DNA of 64,000 nucleotides from an uncultured Alphaproteobacteria bacterium (lineage in GTDB: Bacteria; Pseudomonadota; Alphaproteobacteria; Dongiales; Dongiaceae), in NCBI GenBank assembly GCA_963851215.1, contig CAWKOG010000017.1:345465-409464 (forward strand), given 5' to 3'. The notes under the pieces are model-generated. The model did not search any database and was not told the DNA's origin. It worked only from the letters and a program-made list of their open reading frames with translations. A program made the position numbers and the translations under genes. This document shows positions 57,153 through 64,000 of the stretch, in pieces. Numbering within the stretch: position 1 is the stretch's first letter; each line of letters opens with the position of its first letter.

Positions 57153-57400
57153 GGAATTCTTCCTCCGAATTTCCGTCGCCATGATAGTTCTTTCTAAGTT
57201 TGGGTGCCTGGTCTATGCGCAAGCCCATTGGCCTGCGGGGACCGGGAACCTATGTCGGCGGCGTCATTGAAGCGTGATAAAGCCCACTCTAACCCGTCAC
57301 AAGCGGGGAACGAATGTTTCCTTTTTACCCGGTTCGCGATAACTATAGCCTTGGCGTAACGCTGGCGATAGGCCGCGCCGACGGCTCCTACCCTCCGGAA

Positions 57401-59359
57401 ATGGCTATGGATATCAGACTGCTGGGTCAGTTCGAAGTACGGACGGGCGATCCGGAACCGCTCAAATTGCCGACCCGGAAAGCGGAGGCGCTGCTGGCCA
57501 TGCTGGCGGCGAAACCGGAAACGCGACATCGGCGCGACCATCTGGCGGGCGTGCTTTGGCCGCAAAGCGACAGCAAGCAGGCCCGGGGCAGCCTGCGGCA
57601 AACCCTGAATCTCCTGCGCAAGGCATTGGGTGAAAAGGGCGCCGCGGCCGTTTGCGCGACCGGCGACGATCTCTGGCTGGATCCCTCTGGCGCATCGATC
57701 GATACCCGTCTGTTCGAGAACGGCGCATCGGCCGCAACGGCGGCGGCGCTGGAGCAGGCCGTCACCCACTATCGCGGCGACTTTCTCGAAGGCCTGGAAG
57801 TGGAAGGCGAGGAGTTCGAGGATTGGCGCATGGCCGAGCGGATGCGGCTGCGGGAGGTCGCCATCGCCGCGCTGTCCCGCCTGCTCGAGCAGCATGTGGC
57901 CGACGGCGCCGCCGAGAAGGCGATTGCCGCCGGCGAAAGACTGCTGTCGCTGGATTCGACGTCTGAGGCGGCCTACCGCTCCCTCATGCAGGCCTATCTG
58001 ACCCAGGGCGCGCGCGGCGGCGCCATCAGGCAGTATCAGCGCTGCCGCAAGATCCTGCGGCGCGAGCTCTCGGTCGATCCGTCGCCGGAGACGGAAGACC
58101 TTTATCGGCGAATCACCGACGGCGTCGCCGTTTCGGCGCGGTTGCCGGCGCGGGAGCGGCCGAGCATCGCCATCCTGCCGTTCGACATACCGCATGGAGA
58201 TGAAGACATCTACTTCGCGCAAGGCGTGGTTGACGACATACTCAGCGAGCTGTCGCGGTTCCGCAGCCTGCGGGTTATCGCCCGCCATTCATCGTTCTCG
58301 GCGGCGCGGCTCGGGCGCGCGGCGAACGAGATCGGCCGCGAGCTGGGCGCGGATTTCGTGCTGGAGGGCAGCATCCGGCGCAGCGATGGTGAAATGCGAA
58401 TCGCCACCCATCTCAGCAGCACGGCCAGCGGTTTGCATGTCTCCTCCGACCGCTACGACGTTCCCGCGAAGGCGGTTTTCGATCTCGAGGATCGGATTGT
58501 CCGCCAGGTCGCCGGCGCGCTGGCCATCCGCATCGACAGCGAGATTCTCGACCGGGCGCAGCGGCGCGGCGCCGAGGATCTTGGCGCCTATGATTGCTGG
58601 CTGCAGGCGATGTATCATCTGCATCGGGACAAGCCCCGCGGCGTCGAGAAGGCGCGCAAATTCTTCCAGCGGGCGATCGCGGTCGACGCGAACTATGCGC
58701 GGGCCTATTCCGGCCTGGCGCTCACGCACTACAACGACTGGAACTGCCACAACTGGGATCGCTGGGCGGAATGCCAGTCGGAAGCCTTCGCCCATGCGCG
58801 CAAGGCAACGGAGCTGGATCCATCGGATCACATTCCCCACTGCATCCTGGGCCAGGTGCATATCTATCGCCGCGAGTTCGAGCTGGCCGAGAAGCATCAC
58901 GGCCGCTCCCTCGCCCTCAACCCGAACGACGCCGACTGCCTGGCGCGCATGGCGCAGGCGAATTGCCAGCAGGGCGACCCCGCGGCCGGCATCGAACTGG
59001 GCGAGGCGGCGCGGAAGCTCAACCCGCGCTTTCCCGACTGGTATGTGGGCTTTCTCGGCCTGCCCTACCTGATGGCCGGCCGGCCGGACGAGGCCGTGGC
59101 CGTCATGGAGCAAGCGCCGGATGCCTTCATCGACACGCGCGGGTTTCTGGCGGCGGCCTATGGATTTCTCGGCAACAAGGCCAAGATGCGCGAGCATGGC
59201 GACGCCTTCATCGCCGGCTTCGAAGCCAAGATCATGCCCGGCCGCAAGGCGGAGGCCGCCGATGCCGTGCGCTGGCTGCAGCAGGTCACGCCGTTCCGGC
59301 AGGAAACCGACGCGCGCTATTTCCGCAAGGGGCTGAAGAAAGCCGGCCTGCTGACCTAG
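57401..59359 (+). CDS. transcriptional regulator with OmpR/PhoB-type winged helix + BTAD + TolB-like N-domain + TPR (SARP-like)
   Basis: MAMDIRLLGQFEVRTGDPEPLKLPTRKAEALLAMLAA… is a winged-helix DNA-binding domain. …SIAILPFDIPHGDEDIYFAQGVVDDILSELSR… is a TolB-N-like domain. C-terminal TPRs follow. Confidence 0.7.
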   Translation: MAMDIRLLGQFEVRTGDPEPLKLPTRKAEALLAMLAAKPETRHRRDHLAGVLWPQSDSKQARGSLRQTLNLLRKALGEKGAAAVCATGDDLWLDPSGASIDTRLFENGASAATAAALEQAVTHYRGDFLEGLEVEGEEFEDWRMAERMRLREVAIAALSRLLEQHVADGAAEKAIAAGERLLSLDSTSEAAYRSLMQAYLTQGARGGAIRQYQRCRKILRRELSVDPSPETEDLYRRITDGVAVSARLPARERPSIAILPFDIPHGDEDIYFAQGVVDDILSELSRFRSLRVIARHSSFSAARLGRAANEIGRELGADFVLEGSIRRSDGEMRIATHLSSTASGLHVSSDRYDVPAKAVFDLEDRIVRQVAGALAIRIDSEILDRAQRRGAEDLGAYDCWLQAMYHLHRDKPRGVEKARKFFQRAIAVDANYARAYSGLALTHYNDWNCHNWDRWAECQSEAFAHARKATELDPSDHIPHCILGQVHIYRREFELAEKHHGRSLALNPNDADCLARMAQANCQQGDPAAGIELGEAARKLNPRFPDWYVGFLGLPYLMAGRPDEAVAVMEQAPDAFIDTRGFLAAAYGFLGNKAKMREHGDAFIAGFEAKIMPGRKAEAADAVRWLQQVTPFRQETDARYFRKGLKKAGLLT

Positions 59360-60069
59360 GCGCCGATCAGATCGATCCAGCGGTCGGTGACGGCCTCGGC
59401 AAAGCTGCGCTGCGCCGCGGCTTTCTGTTTGTTGTCGGCGCGCGCGGCCGCGATGACCGAGTTGGCTTTCGCACCGAGATGGCGCCGCAGGTTGGAATCG
59501 CAAACCTTGATCCAGTGATCGACGATCGGCTGCGTCGCCTCGAAATGGCATTGGAAGGCATAGGTGGCGCGGCCGATGCGGAAGGCCTGGTTGGCGCAGC
59601 CCGTGCCGGCCAGCAATTGCTCGCCCTCGTCGGGAATGTCGAAGGTGTCTTCGTGGAACTGCATGATCGCCGGCTGCGGCAGGCCCTGCAGCAGCGTGTC
59701 GCGTTCCGCGGCGTTGGTCCTGGTCAGCGGCACATAGCCGAATTCCAGCTCGCTATGGCGCCGCACGGTCTTGCCGAAGCAGCGCGCCAGGATCTGCGAG
59801 CCCAGGCAGATGCCGAGCAGCGGCTTGTCGGCGCCGTGGAAACCCCGCAGGAGATCGCGCATCGGCGCCAGGTTGGGAAACTTGCCGTCGTCATTGGCGC
59901 TCATCGCGCCGCCGAGAATCACGGCGGCATCATAGCCGCGATGGGAGCCGGGCAGCGCGTCGCCATGGAGCACGCAGCGCTTTTCCATCTCGCCGCCGCG
60001 CGCGGCGATGCGGTCGCCGATGGTGCCGGCCGGCGAGATGGGATCGTTTTCCAGGATCAGGATTTTCAT
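59356..60069 (-). CDS. class I (type 1) glutamine amidotransferase-like protein
   Basis: Catalytic Cys in GICLGSQ and His in FQCHFE. Confidence 0.8.
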   Translation of the reverse strand: MKILILENDPISPAGTIGDRIAARGGEMEKRCVLHGDALPGSHRGYDAAVILGGAMSANDDGKFPNLAPMRDLLRGFHGADKPLLGICLGSQILARCFGKTVRRHSELEFGYVPLTRTNAAERDTLLQGLPQPAIMQFHEDTFDIPDEGEQLLAGTGCANQAFRIGRATYAFQCHFEATQPIVDHWIKVCDSNLRRHLGAKANSVIAAARADNKQKAAAQRSFAEAVTDRWIDLIGA

Positions 60070-60115
60070 GGCGCTGGAAGGTGGCGATAACAGGGCATTT
60101 CGTCAATCCGGCCGG

Positions 60116-60772
60116 TCATGCAATGGCGTTGAGGGAGGGCCGCGTTGCCGTCATGCCGGGCCGGGCGGCCATTTCGCGCCACCAGCCGGCCAGAGCCGGC
60201 CGCTCCGCCAGCATCGCGGCACCTTCCGGCGCCGCCAGGAAATAGGCGAACATCGGCGCGGCGTGGAGATCGGCCAGGGTCAGCGCCTCGCCGGCCAGGA
60301 ACGGCGCCTGGTCCATCAACCGCGCCAGCTCGTCGAGGCAGATGCGGGCGCGCGGCAAGGCAGCGGCGATCTTCGCCTCGTCGGCGGCGCGGCCTTCCCG
60401 CGGCGCGCCGACGCGTTCCATGTAGATGTCCCAGACCAGCGTCCGATAGGCGTAGCTGTCGAGGATGCCGACGATCTGGTTCATGCGGGCGCGCAGCTTC
60501 GCATCGTCGGGCTGCAGCCGCGGGCCGTCGAAGGCTTCGTCGACATAGCGGGTAATGGCGGACGTTTCATAGAGACGGAAGCCATCATGCTCGAAAGCGG
60601 GAATGCGGCCGAAGGGCTGGCGCGCGAGATAGTCCGCCGGCGGCCCGCCGGGCGCGAAGGCATCGACCTCCTGCAGCCGGTAGGACACCCGCTTCTCCCA
60701 CAGCGTCAGCCGCACGGCGCGGACATAGACGCTGTAGGCGGCGCCGAAGACGATGGGCTGGCTCACCTTCAT
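60116..60772 (-). CDS. glutathione S-transferase family protein
   Basis: GST N- and C-terminal domain character. ATG 60772 lies 2 nt after the purA stop. Confidence 0.75.
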   Translation of the reverse strand: MKVSQPIVFGAAYSVYVRAVRLTLWEKRVSYRLQEVDAFAPGGPPADYLARQPFGRIPAFEHDGFRLYETSAITRYVDEAFDGPRLQPDDAKLRARMNQIVGILDSYAYRTLVWDIYMERVGAPREGRAADEAKIAAALPRARICLDELARLMDQAPFLAGEALTLADLHAAPMFAYFLAAPEGAAMLAERPALAGWWREMAARPGMTATRPSLNAIA

Positions 60773-60774
60773 CC

Positions 60775-62067
<1,293 letters not shown>

Positions 62068-62312
62068 CCGCCGAGTCTCCCGTCCGATCCCGCGCCCAGC
62101 CATCCAAATCCACCGGGGCGCGGCAGGTTGATAATCGGTTAGGCCGGGAAACCGGCAACCGGCGGCGGCGGGTCTATGTCCTTCTCCCCGGCGGTTGAGT
62201 TTTTCTTCCCTGCCCCCGCTTTCGCGGGGGAAGAAAAATTGGCAGGCTATTTTTCGCTATTTTCCGCTGGCTCAAGCCATTCAGCGGACAAGCGCTTTTC
62301 CGCGGAATCCGC

Positions 62313-62441
62313 GATTCCCGGGGGACCCTGATTTTTGGGAACGATGCCATACAAGGGAATCACCCCGCCGGCGACGCCGTCCTGCCTCGCAGGCGGCGCA
62401 TGCCATATTCCGATAGACAATGTCCAACATCGACGGCCGCC
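62313..62441 (+). ncRNA. conserved ~120-nt intergenic element, copy 2
   Basis: See the copy 1 entry at 22384..22499. Same orientation. Lies 250-370 nt upstream of the divergent purA start and 600 nt upstream of the bicupin gene. Confidence 0.3.
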
Positions 62442-62534
62442 GGGCAGAGCCTGGAGGCAGGAGCGGATATGGGAACATTTTCCGGCGGGACAAGGTGCGG
62501 GGGTGAGAAAGTTCGTTTCACCACAAAGTCACAA

Positions 62535-62967
62535 AGGACACGAAGCTGCCTGTGTTCCCGTGCTTGTGTTTGCCGGGCTGAGCTAGTTCAGAAGAATGTG
62601 TGATCACGCGAAGGCGCGAAGACGCGAAGTAGCAAGAAAGTGAGGTGAACCACAGATAAACACAGATAAACACAGATGATCGAGATTTGGGCGGTGATTG
62701 CATCGCGCTGCAGCCAATGACGGATTCCTGCGCGCCTTTGGCGCGCAAGCAAACAATCGAAGCAAGAATTGCGCGATGCATCCAACGTACTCGGCACATC
62801 TGTGTTTATCTGTGTGCATCTGTGGTTAGCGTTTCTTGCTTGCTCCTTCGCGTGCTTCGCGTCTTCGCGTGCCGATTCTTTCGTCGCCTGCATTTCTCGG
62901 CTTCGCCCATAAGCTCGCTATCTTCGTGCTCTTTGTGACTTTGTGGTGAAACCCCCTTTCTTCCCCC
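62535..62967. repeat. ~430-bp compound inverted repeat with tandem sub-repeats (MITE-like or regulatory palindrome)
   Basis: Outer arms GTTTCACCACAAAGTCACAAAGG (62535-62557) and its reverse complement (62946-62967). Inner ~75-nt arms (62626-62697 and 62808-62889) contain CGCGAAG x3 and CACAGATAAA x2 + CACAGATG. Central ~110-nt spacer. Confidence 0.6.
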
Positions 62968-63036
62968 CATTGCCTCCCAGCCCGCTCTCCGCCAGCATGG
63001 GCGCCACACCCATCGCGATAGACCGGAGGCCCCGCC

Positions 63037-63888
63037 ATGACTGCTCCCCGCATCCAGAAACTCGAGCCCTTCGGCCCCGGCGGGACCGCCGCCACGACCG
63101 GCCTCGCCCCGTGGCCGGAGATCCCGGCCGCCGCCCTCGCCGCCGGCAAGCCGGTGCAGCGCGGGCATTACTATCTGGAGGACAAGGCGCGCGGCCTCAC
63201 CGCCGGGGTGTGGGACTGCACCGCCATGACCGAAAAGGGCAGCCCCTACAGCGTCAACGAGTTCATGATCCTGCTGGAGGGCGAGGTCACGCTCATCGAG
63301 GCCGACCGCCGCACGACCTACAAGGCCGGCGAGAGCTTCATCATCCCCAAGGGCCTGCCCTGCCAGTGGCACCAGGACGGCTATGTGCGGAAGTTCTTCG
63401 TCATCTTCGACGACGCCTCGGGCCTCGCTGCCGGAAAACCCGGCCGACCTGGCGCCGCTCCGCCCCGACCCGCGCGCGGACCTGGCACCCTCGGCCGGCC
63501 CGGCGCCGGAGCTGCTGCTGAGCGGCGCGCCGCAGCAGCGGGACAAGCGCTACTACGCCGACCTCACCGGGCAATGGACCGTGGGCGTCTGGAGCTCCAC
63601 GCCCTATCACCGCAAGACCATCCCCTTCCCGCGCCACGAGCTGATGCACATCCTCGAGGGCGAGGTGACCATCACCGAAGACGGCCAGCCGCCGCGGACC
63701 TTCAAGGCCGGCGACACGTTCGTGGTGCCGCTGGGCACGCTCTGCGACTGGAAGTCGACGGTGGATATCAGGAAGTTCTACTGCATCTTCCAGCCGAAGG
63801 CGGAGGCGGCAGCGAAGGGGAAAGAGGCGGCGGAGTGAGGGCGATCCGGCCGACCACCAGTCGATCTCGAAACTCAACTTGGCCGTGA
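63037..63888 (+). CDS. bicupin protein (two cupin/DUF861-type domains)
   Basis: Two repeats of the motif …NEFMILLEGEVTLIE…TYKAGESFIIPKG…KFFVIF / …HELMHILEGEVTITE…TFKAGDTFVVPLG…KFYCIF, joined by a Pro/Ala-rich linker. GGAGG RBS. Confidence 0.75.
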   Translation: MTAPRIQKLEPFGPGGTAATTGLAPWPEIPAAALAAGKPVQRGHYYLEDKARGLTAGVWDCTAMTEKGSPYSVNEFMILLEGEVTLIEADRRTTYKAGESFIIPKGLPCQWHQDGYVRKFFVIFDDASGLAAGKPGRPGAAPPRPARGPGTLGRPGAGAAAERRAAAAGQALLRRPHRAMDRGRLELHALSPQDHPLPAPRADAHPRGRGDHHRRRPAAADLQGRRHVRGAAGHALRLEVDGGYQEVLLHLPAEGGGGSEGERGGGVRAIRPTTSRSRNSTWP

Positions 63889-64000
63889 AATCCTCCAGCG
63901 CCAGCAGGATGTGCCTGACGGCGCCGGGGCCGATGGCCTGTCCGTCCGGCGGCACCACATGCGCGAAGGCGGCGTCGTTGACGGCTTCGATCGAGTCGGC

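Noticed and set aside
62200-62238. Rho-independent terminator call for the 39-nt perfect hairpin TTTTTCTTCCCTGCCCCCGCTTTCGCGGGGGAAGAAAAA
   Set aside because: The stem is flanked by T-rich/A-rich runs that are themselves part of the stem. No free U-tract follows on either strand. It lies upstream (5') of purA, not after a gene end. Left as an unexplained structure, possibly part of the purA or conserved-element leader.
63889-64000. Minus-strand ORF running off the right edge (…ADSIEAVNDAAFAHVVPPDGQAIGPGAVRHILLALEDFTAKLSFEIDWW…)
   Set aside because: Protein-like for ~50 codons, but the frame then continues as Arg-rich junk for 490 nt antisense to the bicupin gene. It may be the C-terminus of a real convergent gene with an unidentified stop. 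Too uncertain to call.

Overview
This is a high-GC (~65%) alphaproteobacterial chromosome segment, probably from a methylotroph. Positions 1-17.5 kb carry a complete tetrahydromethanopterin (H4MPT)-linked C1-oxidation and H4MPT-biosynthesis cluster. It contains fae, a CitG-like gene, two ATP-grasp ligases, mch, mtdB, mptG, a pterin-4a-carbinolamine dehydratase, fhcB-fhcA-fhcD-fhcC, pabAB and an extended dihydropteroate-synthase homologue. A proXVW-type betaine ABC transporter follows. Positions 22-33 kb look like an accessory region, ending at two degenerate tRNA-like sequences at 32908-33056. It holds a small basic stress-type protein and a four-gene module (secreted protein, MotA/ExbB-like channel, ExbD-like protein, membrane protein) preceded by a conserved ~120-nt element. 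A second copy of that element lies 40 kb away, upstream of purA and a bicupin gene. The accessory region also contains a clearly lower-GC islet encoding a CHAT caspase-like protease, a large STAND P-loop NTPase with a beta-propeller that is apparently broken by two +1 frameshifts, and an unknown partner protein. This islet is the best candidate for a conflict or defence system in the window. Next to it are two tandem secreted paralogues with an identical Cys-containing C-terminus and an SPFH gene. The remainder contains an ArsR/SRPBCC/DUF gene row, a Dpp/Opp-type ABC transporter whose dppD is frameshifted, a DeoR regulator with a sugar-phosphate isomerase, and a 2.9-kb low-GC islet bounded by a 47-nt direct repeat of the tRNA-Glu(CTC) 3' end. 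Further housekeeping genes are ltaE, rluD, rpoH, a DUF4139 protein, TPR proteins, a SARP-like regulator, a class I amidotransferase, a GST and purA. Near the end there is a ~430-bp compound inverted repeat with 10-bp and 7-bp tandem sub-repeats, followed by the bicupin gene. No CRISPR array, integrase or transposase was found.
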